DNA of 63,885 bases, filler included, from Neoconidiobolus thromboides FSU 785 (GCA_025603075.1; 9 parts of 9 records of this genome joined end to end with filler, not necessarily neighbours in it); one strand, 5' to 3'. Shown: positions 25,249 to 37,264, numbered from the whole stretch's first letter. A program made the numbers and translations. Notes: generated from the letters alone by a model not told the origin.

Positions 25249-26824
25249 ATGATCTCTACCTCTCCATCTGCATTATGTGGTATAGCAAACTTACCGAATC
25301 AAGTACATAAAATTGCTATAAAAAAGGGAAAGAACTATACAGTTTTAGTAGTTGGTAGATATTTTATATGTTAGTTTAATCAGATACTAATGAAAATTGC
25401 AGGAGAATCTGGTTTAGGGAAAACTACTTTTATTAATACTCTTTTAGCTTCTACCATATCAAAATATAAGGACCCATCTAAAAGACATCGCTTAGTAGAA
25501 AAAACCACTCAAATTAGTTTAACTAAAGCTAGTAACTTGAAACTTTTTATTAAATGTGGATATTAAATTAATTAAATTAGCATTTGAGGAAAGTTTGTTT
25601 AAAACAAAATTAACGTTGGTTGATACACCTGGATTCGGAGATTTTATTAACAATAATGAAAGTTGGATACCTATCTTAAACTATATTGAAACCCAATACC
25701 AAAGTTATTTCTTTCAGGAACAGCAGCCGGATCGTACTCAATTAAATGATTTACGTATCTCTGTTTGCATTTACTTCATTCGTCCTTCTGGTCATGGGTA
25801 TGTACTATATATAATATTTTTGATTATTTGATGTTCTATTTTAGATTATCTCAACTTGATATTAAAGCTATGAAAGCACTTGGCAGCAGAACCAATCTTA
25901 TACCAGTTATAGCTAAATCTGATACACTTTCACCCAGTGCTTTAAATGATTTTAAAAAAAGGGTATTATTAAATTTATTATATCGGTTAATATTAACATT
26001 ATTTTAGATCAGTGAATGCATAGAATCAAATAAAATCAATGTCTTCAAGTGTCCTGTTGATAACTCAGACCAGTTAGACTTACAATTGGCTAAAGATTTT
26101 AATGTAAATAAATTCTTTACTTTAATTATTTTGTACTAATTATTACAGGAAACTATGCCATTTGCAGTTATAGGAAGTGAAAAAATTATTAAAAATAAAG
26201 ACGGAAAAGAAGTGTTGGGACGTGAGTATCCATGGGGTATTGTAGAAGGTAAATAAACTACTCTATTTTTTCAAAAATATTGACAAGCATTTAGTTGAAA
26301 ACGAAAATCATTGTGATTTTATCAAACTCCGTAATATTTTAATCCGGTAAGGTTTAAATATAGATACTAAAATATTAATTTATCCTTTTAAATTACATAG
26401 TACTCACATGCTCGATTTGATTGAGACTACTGACCAAACCCATTATGATAGTTTCAAAAAGGAAGTTATCCAAAAGGGGTTAAGTGAGCTTAGGTATAAA
26501 AATACAAAATACTATATAAGATTTATTTATCTAAAAAAAACTACAGAAAAAAGAAAGAAAATCCAAAGTTTAAAGAGGAAGAAGATAACTTACGTCATAA
26601 ATTTACTGAACAAGTTAGAATTGAAGAATCTCGTTTTCGTCAATGGGAGCTTAAGGTACGTTAATTAAAATTATACTGCATTAGTCTAATTGTTGTTTTA
26701 GCTTATTGCTGAAAGAGATCGACTTAATAAAGATTTAGAAGCTGAGCACTTGATAGTTCGTCAGTTAGAAGGTGAAATAGAAAACCTTACTATTTCTCAA
26801 CAAAACAAAGCATATCGTAAATAA
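25249..26824 (+). CDS. CDC12: Septin, Cdc12/Spn4 group; 10 exons, 380 aa
   Basis: 9 introns (25355-25402, 25532-25580, 25798-25844, 25963-26007, 26104-26148, 26249-26294, 26347-26400, 26494-26546, 26656-26701); [53 protein letters not shown]...[11 protein letters not shown]. Confidence 0.93.
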
Positions 26825-27070
26825 TTAAAGTTTTATTAATATATTGTCCAAAGTCAAAGGTAAAGGGATGGTTTGAATTTGTTGGGTTTTTCTCAGCTTA
26901 TCCTTTTGATTGTGCTTTTCTAAATAAAACTTTAGCCTCAATTTTGTCATATTATAAACTTTAACTTTAATTTATATTATTAACAACTTCATCTTTTAAA
27001 TAACAAAAAACATGCTAAAAAATAACTTTACAATTTTTATTTAAGATGTTTATTTTACTCAAAATTTCTT

Positions 27071-28151
27071 TTATTCATAAACTATATCATAATGACCTGG
27101 ACGATAAAGTAATGTAATTGGAGAGGATACATACCCCTTTTCAGTTGCAGATTTGGTTGTGTAATCTAAGAAATTAACGTGAGGAGATTCAGCAACTGAA
27201 GAATGACCATCAAGGTAGGCAACCTTGATAGGGAGTGATAAGAAGGTAGCTAGAATTGTTATATGTATTTCATCACTTTCTTTACCCATAGCTTCTACAT
27301 TTAAATTACAAAAATGGTCCATCTCAGTGTTACTGCCATTATATGATTGTAAGCAAGGATCATCTAAGATAAATGGCAAATAATCATCTGAATTCAATTT
27401 TAAAAAGGCAGAGGTTAAGAAACGGAAGTAAACAACAATTGCGTTTGAAATTTCATCAGTTTGAAATACCGATAATAATATTTGCTTTCGCTCAGGATCT
27501 TTGGCTTTAGGATGACCAGGACTAAAGTTCTTAAGTTGTTCAATTGTAATATCATAAAAATCTTCAATCACGATGCTTTGAAACCCGGCTTTTTTTAAGA
27601 TAGAAGGGCTATTTTTGATGAATTCATAAAAACTTAAATATGCTTCCATAGTGCCATCAAGAATTTTTTCATATATAGAAAAGGTTAAAGCTATATTTAT
27701 AAATTATTCGGTTGTTTAATATTAGTAAGAATATATACCTCTATAAAAACAGTTTCCTAAATAAAGCATTAAAGCTATTAATCTTGAAATAAAATTTAAA
27801 AGTACCATCACCACGGCATCTACGAAATTTTGAGTGGGTTTTAGATAAATTCTAAAAGAACTTAATTTAGTTTATAGTATTAATTTGTTTAAAACTTACA
27901 TCAATTTTTTGTATAAAAATCTTTGAGCCATTAATATACTCTGATATAAGGTTTGATAAAGGTTCTTCGATACTTACAAGAGGATGGCTATTTGCTTCTT
28001 CATCTTTTATTTTTTGTTCAAAATTAACCATATCCATATCATTAAAATTTCTCAGATCTGAGCCCGGATTTAAAACATTTTCAGGGATGTCATTTTTATC
28101 TTTTACTTCTCCTTGGCCTTTATTTAATACCTCTGAGTTCTGGTTATTCAT
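27071..28151 (-). CDS. Otubain (OTUB, peptidase C65) deubiquitinase; 4 exons, apparent 1-nt frameshift in exon 2
   Basis: Introns 27899-27852, 27806-27757, 27738-27691; catalytic RRCRGDG|NCFYR; KESDEIHI; LLYRPGHYDI. Spliced length is 935 nt, one short of a codon multiple. Confidence 0.88.
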
Positions 28152-28643
28152 TTTTAAAATAATCTAGTAAAAGAGTAAATTTAATTGAAAACTCTGTATT
28201 TATGCACTCGCGTCATCTTTTAGCCTATTATTTTGATAAAGAATAATTAAGTTTATTTTTAGAACGAATTAATTTAATTATATAGCATTTATATAGACCA
28301 CTAGTTTTATACTGGAAGTTGATTTATATAGATTGACTGTTCTATAAATTAAATGTTGCTTAGTAATTATGGTTTTATTAACTACATAGCAACATCAGTT
28401 TATGAAACAATCAAATTCTAAATTAATCCCCAGTATAAAATTAAATCTTTTAATCTAATATTTTTATATAATTTAAAAAATAAATAACAAAATTATAGTA
28501 ATTATAAATTAAACTTTGTTTTAATATTTTATTTTGTAAATTAATTTAACTAAAGTTATTGATTTTAATCAAAATTGGAGTAAAGCTGTTTTGGTTAATT
28601 ATTTAGCTTTATTTTGATAATAATTAGCTTTATGTAAAAAAAC

Positions 28644-29157
28644 AAATGGGGGATGTCTATATTAGTTTCATTTTTTTATCTAATTTCTAAAATTCTGTAA
28701 AATTAAACTTTTCATTAAAAATCAAAAGTACTTAATACAGTTTTAAATTGTTCCATTATAGATTATATAAGTTAGTGGAATTTTTATTAAATTTGATAGA
28801 AACTCCCAAATTAGTAAGACTTTTACTAATATGACCTATATATTGATATTGATATTGATATTGATATTGATTAGAGTTCTAATATGTGATAAAACATACT
28901 GTTATAAAACTTTATTGAGAAGTATTTATTGTTGACTGCTTTATAGTCAATATTGTAGGTTTACTATTAAATAAATATATTATTTTAATATTACAATTAC
29001 ATTACTGGTATATCACTAAGTTAATAAATAGGCTGCATGGGAGGGAATGATTAGCTCCAAAACTATAATTAACCATTCCTATATATTAAAAGTAATATAA
29101 AAATAGCTTTTGCTTATTATTATAATTACTTGTTCTTTGACTATTTATTAACTTAAT
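28644..29157 (+). mobile_element. Family C copy 2 (Sola-like terminus fragment), cut by a family B copy
   Basis: AAAT|GGGGGATGTC...; shares the GCTGCATGGGAGGGA...TTAGC.CCAAAACTATA block with copy 1. Confidence 0.75.
28843..28870. repeat. (ATATTG)n microsatellite; a similar array lies at about 52395-52424
   Basis: Direct reading. Confidence 0.8.
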
Positions 29158-29159
29158 CG

Positions 29160-29619
29160 TATGAAATCTGGTACTCAGTAGTTGGAGTCAAAAAGACTTT
29201 TTGCTTGATTAACTAGTCGTAAGTCGAAAGGTCTTAGTTTATGTAACTAAGGTAGACTTGGATTATGATGAATAGTATGTAATATATTACGGACTATGTA
29301 AGGCAAATAGAATAGACAATACTAATGTAAAATCTACGTAAAATACTACCAGAAGGATTTATTGGCCTTATTAAATGTATGGTATCAAGGGATAGTTCAA
29401 TTATAAAGCCTTGAGTTGTTATATTCCAAAATCTTTTTTATACTCCAACAAGTATGAATATCAAAATGGGAAGATAATGTCCTTTGGAATTACATGACAG
29501 AAATCCTCACAAAAAATCAAAATAAGAGCCTGTAATTGATTGTCTCCAAATTCGAGAACACAATTTAAATGACTATTATGCTATAATCAATAATGGAGCT
29601 GACAAAGCGATATTTGACA
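29160..29619 (+). mobile_element. Family B copy
   Basis: TATGAAATCTGGTACTCAG...GATATTTGACA, collinear with 54684-55144; flanks do not match as a TSD. Confidence 0.75.
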
Positions 29620-29766
29620 TATAGAATATCAACATTTTTTATTTTAAAATATAAATATTTTAATTAGTCAAATATGAAGATATGTTTTTTTATTTAAGAA
29701 TTTTACTAAGAATTTTTCTGCTTAAATAGCATTTAAAAAACAAAAAAATCCTTATATTGTTATGCT
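29219..29766 (-). repeat. Arm of a 548-bp inverted duplication (partner 23915-24462)
   Basis: Reverse complement of 23915-24462; ends at gap edge. Confidence 0.95.
29672..29757 (+). mobile_element. Family A MITE (internal deletion)
   Basis: Identical inverted partner of 23924-24009. Confidence 0.7.
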
Positions 29767-29866
29767 NNNNNNNNNNNNNNNNNNNNNNNNNNNNNNNNNN
29801 NNNNNNNNNNTTAATTAATTAANNNNNNNNNNNNNNNNNNNNNNNNNNNNNNNNNNNNNNNNNNNN

Positions 29867-30006
29867 TTTTTGATATTAGGTGTATCGATTTCTTTATAAA
29901 AATTACCAGCTCCATCTAAACCAATGAAGACTACTCTTTCAATCTCTTGACTGTTGATGGAATCTAAGCATAATAAACCGGAAACTAGTAAGCTAAACAC
30001 TTTCAT
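29867..30006 (-). CDS. 5' fragment of a secreted alkaline-phosphatase-superfamily (nucleotide pyrophosphatase-like) gene, cut by gap
   Basis: Signal peptide followed by VVFIGLDG....IDTPNI. Confidence 0.7.
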
Positions 30007-30482
30007 TTTTTAGTAATTGTTTTAATAAAACTTTTGATTGTTGTTAATTGTAAGCCTACTTCCATTTACCTCTTTTATATCTATTAAACTACACGTGGGA
30101 TGTTAGCTATATTCTTATAGTATAATAATATTGCTATTGTACAATTTTATTTTTAAAGTATTGTAATTGCTATTTCCATTGTTTTAATTACAACAAGCCC
30201 CTCATCTTGCAGTTTATTCTTAAATGATGTAAAGTTTAATAAAGTTTTTTATTTTTCAAAATTTAATCGTTTTTGGTAAAACAAAATATAATTTTGATAG
30301 TAGTTGAATTTTACATTTTTACTATACTATTTCTTCACTCTTTTCTAACATACATCGAAATAGTATATAGTCAATGTTATTTATTAAGAAAAATAAAAAA
30401 TAAAAAAACAAAAATAAAAATAAAAATAAAAAATAAAGAATAGCATTTAGTGACCCAACAAATTAGATTCTTGATTTTCATC

Positions 30483-30586
30483 ATATGGGGATGTATTTTT
30501 GTGTCTAAGAATTTTACAATAACTTTTCCACTCAAATAGCGCTTAAAAAATAGAAAAAGCGATGAAGCTAAAAAACATCACCGTAT
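30483..30586 (+). mobile_element. Family A MITE
   Basis: Full length. Confidence 0.9.
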
Positions 30587-31120
30587 GCTAAAAAACCAAA
30601 CTATATAATCATGAGGTTTGTGTAAGTATTCTAACTAGAAGTTTAGTAAAGAACCCAACTATATTACACTAAACGGAAATTACAAAAGCATAAATTGAGC
30701 ATATCATTTGATTGTACTTTGTTTTTATTTATTCTGTTTTCTTTTTTTGATATGTTTCTAATTGATAGTTTATAAGAAAGGAATATCATGTCTATTTTAA
30801 TAATGGTTTAATTTGATAGCTTTGATGAATAATAATTAGTATAATTCGCTTTTTGTTAGATGATAATAGCACATTTTAGGGGTAATCCTTTATGCTAATT
30901 AAATTTCAATTTCAATTTATTTGTAGATTTATACGACTTCATCAATACCTCCTTAGAGGTACAATAAAGATAGTTGATAGTAAATAAATCTTTTAGATTT
31001 TCGAAGAGCATTAAAAAAATCGTATACTCTAATTACACCTGATTTTCTCGCCGATGCTTTTGTTCTGTAAAGTAAATAATTTCATAACAAACTTCTGAAA
31101 TTTTTAGGGCACTTGCAATT

Positions 31121-31221
31121 ACATGTGAGTGTTTTTTTTGATTTCACTTTTCTATTTTTAAGCGTTATTTGTGTGGAAAGATTGTTAACAAAATTCCTAA
31201 GCAAAAAAATAATCCATATAT
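31121..31221 (-). mobile_element. Family A MITE
   Basis: Diverged, reverse orientation. Confidence 0.75.
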
Positions 31222-31660
31222 TATGAAATTGCAATTAGTAAGTCCAAATGGTCTAACACCATTATAACTTTACAAAAAGAGCTTATCATTGTGCCATTGT
31301 AACTATTTTTGTTTTTTATTTGTCCATTAAGGATAAACAAGACAATCACAAGTATTTAAATTATGAGTTTATATTGAACTCTATAAAATCTTCATGTGTT
31401 GTAAATTTTTAATCTATTAGTTTCTATAATCGAAGTTAAGTTGGAAACTGGATTTTATTTTATTTGCTTTGTTGACAATGTAGGAACTTGCAATAATATT
31501 TTTTGCATTTTACTTCATCTCTTGGCTTATTTAATACCTAGGGTGTAATTAGTTATAAATTATTTTAGATATTGTTGTATGTTACATATATAAATGGAAA
31601 CTTATTTTGAAAATGTTAATAAAAGAATTAACTAAAGCTTTTAAATGTATTATATATAGG

Positions 31661-31766
31661 ATATGAGGATGTATTTTTGTATTTAAGAATTTTACTAACA
31701 ATTTTTTCACTCAAATAGTGCTTAAAAGATAGAAAAATCAATGAAGCCAAAAAAACATCCCCATAT
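31661..31766 (+). mobile_element. Family A MITE
   Basis: Full length; TSD ATAT/ATAT. Confidence 0.92.
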
Positions 31767-31831
31767 ATCGTGCATGGTATGTTTGTTTTTTAAATGTTAC
31801 TAGAAACACTTACATAATAAAACTCTATCTT

Positions 31832-31924
31832 TTATTTAATCAAAAAGATTAGCTGGTACTTTGGAATCAATATAAGAAGGTAGTGGAATATTTAAAGCTT
31901 TTAAAGTGATAGCAAAGATGTCCA
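31832..31924 (-). CDS. 3' fragment of a gene, probably the same phosphodiesterase family, cut by gap
   Basis: DIFAITLKALNIPLPSYIDSKVPANLLIK* resembles the family C-terminal D(I)APT..L.I..P...DG motif. Confidence 0.5.
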
Positions 31925-32800
31925 NNNNNNNNNNNNNNNNNNNNNNNNNNNNNNNNNNNNNNNNNNNNTTAATTAATTAANNNNNNNNNNNNNNNNNNNN
32001 NNNNNNNNNNNNNNNNNNNNNNNNCATTTTTTTTGTATTTTATTGATATATTTTGTTTCTGTTTATATACTCTTTATAATGCTACAAGCACTCAATATAA
32101 TATAAATTCTAAATATAAATAAGCTTATAATTATCATTTAGTCTATTAATGAATGTGCCATCAAATAGTAAATAGAAGGGTTCTCTCAAACATTCAATAT
32201 CTTAATATACGCATGAAGATGCCAAAATAGTAGAGGTAATCGTACGCTATAAATACTTTTATTAAAGTAGTAGAACCTTCATTTTTCATATATTTATGTA
32301 TGTAAATCTTCATCCAATTGTTTTAATTTGATTTAACAAATACATAATCCATTGGAGTTCAAGGCTTTTAATTTATTTCCTACCCTGTTGAACTTTTATT
32401 TATACTATTTTGGTTCTATATGCTAAAAAGATTGAGACTTCAAACTTTAGCTACAGTTACTAAACAAATAGCTCGGGTAGTTTGAAAATTTCCATATTCT
32501 TGATTATTACTTTTTATATAATTAATATAAATAAAAACAAGTCATATATCCAAAAATTAAGTTGGATGATACTTAAATCTATACCGTAAAAACATAATGC
32601 TTACAATGTAATCATGAAATTGATACTGTTTATACTCAGTTGCTTAAAAAGAGTAATTTTTGCATTTTTTGTTAGGATAAAAATTTGATATTTATAAACT
32701 ATGTCTAAAAATAAACAACTTTATTGATTCGAAATATTTTTAATTTACCAATAACGATATTTGAGCCTGTAATGAGCTTGTTATCAAAAGTTGGAAAGGT

Positions 32801-32900
32801 ATATGGGGATGTGTTTTTTCGTTTAAAATTTTGTTACAATCTTTTCACTCAAATAGGGCTTAAAAAATGAAAAAATAATGAAACTAAAACAGCTCTATAT
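32801..32900 (+). mobile_element. Family A MITE
   Basis: TSD ATAT/ATAT. Confidence 0.85.
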
Positions 32901-33616
32901 CTTTCTTTGAGATGATCAAGTCAAAAAAAATTACAGTAAAAATTCAAGAGTTTATTAAATACTTTAATAAATGTTTATATACAATTAATAAAAAGTACTT
33001 TATAAAGCTTTTAAAACGGATTAGTTTAAACTAAACCTACCTTTTTATTGTTAAAACATAAAAAATATAAAAAATATAAAAAATACTATGAAATGCTATA
33101 ATACTAATATAATCTGATTGATAAAACTTGAATATATATACACATTTTTGAAAAAATTCTTTATTATAAAAGTAAGATGCTTTATCTATTAGGTTGAATT
33201 TTTCTAAAAAGTTTGGAAATAAATTTCTATACTTTATTGCTTTTATTAACAACTTTATTATTTTTTATTATTTTTATCAAAGCAAATCGCGAAAGTGTTG
33301 TGATGTCAATCATTAATCATACTAATTACATTTCTCTGTTTTGATGCATCTTAATTATAACTCCCTAAAGCTTTCATATAAATCCCTATACATTTGTATA
33401 ACTACTCAATGGAGTTAATAAACCCTTTCTCACCTTGTATATTAATTTTAACCTTAAATTATATTGAACGAACATTGTGCAAGACGTTGAAGTACTATCT
33501 ATTGAATAAATTTAACCTTATATTTTAATGTATTATTTAAATGAATAAATTTAGTTAAAATTAATTGAGTATAAAAATTGTAGCAACACACTTTTATTTA
33601 ACGGTGTATGTTTACA

Positions 33617-33722
33617 ATATGGGGCTGTATTTTTTTGTTTAAAAGTTTTACTAACAAACTTTCCGCTTAAATAGCGTTTAAAAATGGAAAAAATAATGAA
33701 GTCAAAAAAAACACTCCCATAT
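33617..33722 (+). mobile_element. Family A MITE (subfamily alpha)
   Basis: TSD ATAT/ATAT. Confidence 0.9.
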
Positions 33723-33812
33723 ATTTGCAATATGATCGAGTCCAAAACTTTATGGCTATTTTAGCAAAATAAGTTTGTAATATATGTATATGTTTATTCT
33801 AAAAGTATAAGA

Positions 33813-33986
33813 TTAAAATAATTTTTTGATAGATTTAACGATATCATCCCAATTGTCTTTAACATAGCCTTTTGCAAGTTCACTACTTTCTTTTAAGACT
33901 TGTTGACGAACCCCTCTAAGGACAGCTGCCTTTTCATCATATTGAGCTCCTTTATATTCATTTAAGATCATTTCATCTGCAGTAGG
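33813..33986 (-). CDS. 3' end of an unidentified gene, cut by gap
   Basis: 57 sense codons, coding-like composition, PTADEMILNEY...DNWDDIVKSIKKLF*, running out of the gap. Confidence 0.6.
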   Translation of the reverse strand, partial: PTADEMILNEYKGAQYDEKAAVLRGVRQQVLKESSELAKGYVKDNWDDIVKSIKKLF

Positions 33987-34087
33987 ANNNNNNNNNNNNN
34001 NNNNNNNNNNNNNNNNNNNNNNNNNNNNNNNTTAATTAATTAANNNNNNNNNNNNNNNNNNNNNNNNNNNNNNNNNNNNNNNNNNNN

Positions 34088-34430
34088 AATCCCTAACTTC
34101 ATATCATGAAGAATATTATCTCCCCATTTTGATATTCATACTTAGAGTATAAAAGATCTTCTTCAACATAATAACTTGAGGCTTTTTAGTTGAATCATTC
34201 CCCAGTAATATACTTTTAATAAAGCTATTAAATCTTTATAATAGTGTTTTACATAGATTTTACAGTAATACTATTTATTATATTTGTCTTACATAGTCTA
34301 TAGTCTATTACATGTTATTATTCATAATTCAAGTCTATCTTAGTTACATGAACTAAGACCTTTCGACTTACGACTAGCTGATCAACCAAAAACTGCTTTT
34401 GACTCTAACCACTGAGTACCAGATTCCACA
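34088..34430 (-). mobile_element. Family B copy, truncated by gap
   Basis: ...AACTAAGACCTTTCGACTTAC...CACTGAGTACCAGATTCCACA. Confidence 0.75.
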
Positions 34431-34581
34431 TTTTATATCATAAAAATATCTAAGTTATATATTTATGATATTTACTTTATTATTATTATTGATTATATTT
34501 CTTTAAGATAATTATATTTAATTATTAATTTTAAAAGATATCTAACTAGATAACCTTTGAAATTGTAATTATATAACTCTA

Positions 34582-34686
34582 ACATGGTGGCGTTTTTTTG
34601 GCTTCATCACTTTTTCCATCTTTTAGTGCTATTTGAGCAAAAAGATCGTTAGTAAAATCCTTAAACATAAAAATACATCCCCATAT
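34582..34686 (-). mobile_element. Family A MITE
   Basis: Full length, reverse orientation. Confidence 0.9.
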
Positions 34687-34917
34687 AATACATAAACTTA
34701 ATAAAAAGTATTAAAATAAAAACAAACTTAATAAACTGCTTAAAATTTATTTAATTATACCTGCAAATAATAATCTGTATAGTTTATTAAATAATAAAGA
34801 TAAACAACTGTATTGGTATTTTAAATTAGCTTAATAGCTTATTAAATGTAAGGATGTGGCTATTATATATAATTAAATCTATATTATGTTTTTTAAATCA
34901 ACAATGTAATTTAATAC

Positions 34918-35020
34918 ATATGGGAATATATTTTTGTGTTTAAGAATTTTACTAACAGTTTTTCCGCTTAAACAGCGCTTAAAAAGTGGAAATAATGAAG
35001 TCAAAAAAACACCCTTATAT
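34918..35020 (+). mobile_element. Family A MITE (subfamily alpha)
   Basis: TSD ATAT/ATAT. Confidence 0.9.
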
Positions 35021-35439
35021 AATTTATAATTATCTAAATTGTGATATAATTACTATTATATTTCTACAATTAATATGATTATAGTTTGTATAATAAACTC
35101 AATTTAGATTTATATAATTTTATTATTAAAATTAAACATATTTTTAAATTTGATATATTTAATTAAATTAAATTATTTTTTAATTATATTAATTATTAAT
35201 TTTTATATAATTTGCTTAACTATTATGTATTTTTTACAAGTTTATTTTAATCAAATGATAAAAATGTGCTATAATTTTAAATTTTAAATAAAATATAAAA
35301 ATTGAAGTCAGATTTAATAAATTTAAACTATTCCAATAGATAAGCTACATTAGTATTAAAATTTAGTGTTTTATATTTGAAATAATAATATAATAAACTA
35401 AGTAGCTATAATAATATATTAATAATGTAATTTTAATCA

Positions 35440-35488
35440 AAAATTTAAAAATTAGGAAAAAATGAAATCAATTCGGATATCCCTATCT
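35440..35488 (-). mobile_element. Family C short terminus remnant
   Basis: Reverse complement AGAT|AGGGATATCCGAATTGATTTCATTTTTTCC resembles the first ~45 bp of family C. Confidence 0.5.
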
Positions 35489-35631
35489 GTTTTTCAAATT
35501 ATCCCAGTTAAATGACATCTGTTATTATATAAGATTATTTATGGTAATAGCAATCCAAATTAGAACTATCTAAGAAAAAATTAGTCAATAGTCTAAATTT
35601 TGTCTTTCTTTCTTTTAATAAATTTGTCAAT

Positions 35632-36522
35632 ATGAGCTTTACAGTTGATGGAATAATTTTATTAGTTATGTCAATCATTTTGGCAATAACAAGTACTGCT
35701 ACTTTATATTTGATAACCAAAATAGAAAAAAGAACCAGAGATATAGTTTATCTTATCCTTCTATCAATAGTTGATTTGATACCAATAGTTGCATTAATAA
35801 TCTATATCATATTGTACTATTCATACGATAAATCTCCAATAAACGATCCAAGTATCAAGCAAGCAATTGGGTTTTTTAATATGGCATGGCCTTTTTTAAA
35901 TTGTACATTTACAAGTTGTTTAGCATCTACACGTTATCGTACTGTATGCAAGCTAAAAAACCCAAAAAAGTTACTATTAGTTCCTATAACCTTCTCAACT
36001 ATTTACTTTTCATTGCTTATTGCTACTGCTTTAAAAGGAGAACTTATAGCAAACGAGACTAGTATATTTGTACAAGCATATCCTTCCACTTCTATATTGT
36101 CAGCATGCTGCTTATATTTTTTAGTATTTTCTTTTGTGGTTGGTGGATTAGTATCAATTATATGTTATTCATTAATATTTCGAATGGCTAATCATTCTAC
36201 ACTGCCATTTCGATTTGAAAATTTAGAAGCTAATTATTCCAATACAGGGTTTAAAAGCTTTACGTCAATTCATTCTTTTACAAGTGTTTGGCTTATTTTG
36301 TTTATTTACATATTTATCAATCTCCCAGTTGTTTTATTACTAATAGTGGATGCAACTATTGAGCCTTTACCTTATGTTTCTGATATTACAAAAACTGTTA
36401 TAGCAGACCTTAAAGTTTTTCTAATCTATTTTGGTGGTATAGCATACGCCCTTGTTGTATTATTTAAGCACCCGTTGATATTTTCAAAATTCAAAGAAGC
36501 CCTTCATATAACTTGGTTATAG
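35632..36522 (+). CDS. Rhodopsin-like 7TM receptor candidate (296 aa, intronless)
   Basis: Seven hydrophobic segments; TM2 LSIVD; TM3 end STRYRTVC; TM5 end CY; TM6 Pro. Confidence 0.75.
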   Translation: MSFTVDGIILLVMSIILAITSTATLYLITKIEKRTRDIVYLILLSIVDLIPIVALIIYIILYYSYDKSPINDPSIKQAIGFFNMAWPFLNCTFTSCLASTRYRTVCKLKNPKKLLLVPITFSTIYFSLLIATALKGELIANETSIFVQAYPSTSILSACCLYFLVFSFVVGGLVSIICYSLIFRMANHSTLPFRFENLEANYSNTGFKSFTSIHSFTSVWLILFIYIFINLPVVLLLIVDATIEPLPYVSDITKTVIADLKVFLIYFGGIAYALVVLFKHPLIFSKFKEALHITWL

Positions 36523-37160
36523 TTTTTTTCAATAAATCTTTATATAAAATTAGCTATTGATTTACATTTAATAATATTCTATTCAAATGTTCATAAAACA
36601 AATTTTCAAAAAAAAAGTGGTAAAATATTTTATCCTATACTAAACATAAAGCTGTCACAAAAGTCATGTTTTTTTATAAAAGGAAGTAGCATTTTAAATC
36701 CTTGTTTATTCTTTTAAAAAATCGGATTTGATTTATAAGTAAAAATTAATTTTTGAATAAATCAATTTTTAGAAATCTTTCAAAACCTAGTAAAACCAAT
36801 TTTCCAAGTAAAATTAGCCAAAAGTCCAACACACTTGAAGAACATTGAGTAAAAAACTGGGAAAACCAAAGTTGGAGGCTTTTTTATAAAGCTTTTTCAG
36901 AGGGTTCTGATTTGATTTTACTATTTTTAAAGCAAAAACTTCTACTTTAAAAATACTTTTATCTATAATGAGTATTTTAATTAAGAAAATGCTAACCTGT
37001 AGTTCCTATTAAACTTTAGCTTTTAAATAACGCTTTGATTTTTTTATACAAAATTTCTATCATTTAACCTTTTTTATTATGTTATAAAAGTACCCCGTAA
37101 ATGAGAAATTTCAGCTTTAAAAGTAAAGATCAAACATAACAAGTTTATCTTATAAAAAAT

Positions 37161-37264
37161 ATATGGGGATGTTTTTTTGGTTTCATTACTTTTCCATCTT
37201 TTAAGCGCTACTTGAGCGGAAAATTGTTAGTAAAATTCTTAAACAAAAAAATACATCCCCATAT
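37161..37264 (-). mobile_element. Family A MITE (perfect TIRs)
   Basis: ATAT|GGGGATGT...ACATCCCC|ATAT. Confidence 0.95.

Noticed and set aside
32150-32510. Possible F-box/LRR pseudogene remnants (also about 16200-16560 and 58100-58600)
   Set aside because: Only scattered LxxL-type words among many stops; not distinguishable from chance without a search
34330-34430. tRNA-like head in family B (ACTC-AGTGGTTA-GAGT, AGGTC and a stem-loop), suggesting a SINE
   Set aside because: No anticodon stem or proper B-box; TG...CA ends, terminal inverted repeats and a TSD fit an LTR or DNA element better
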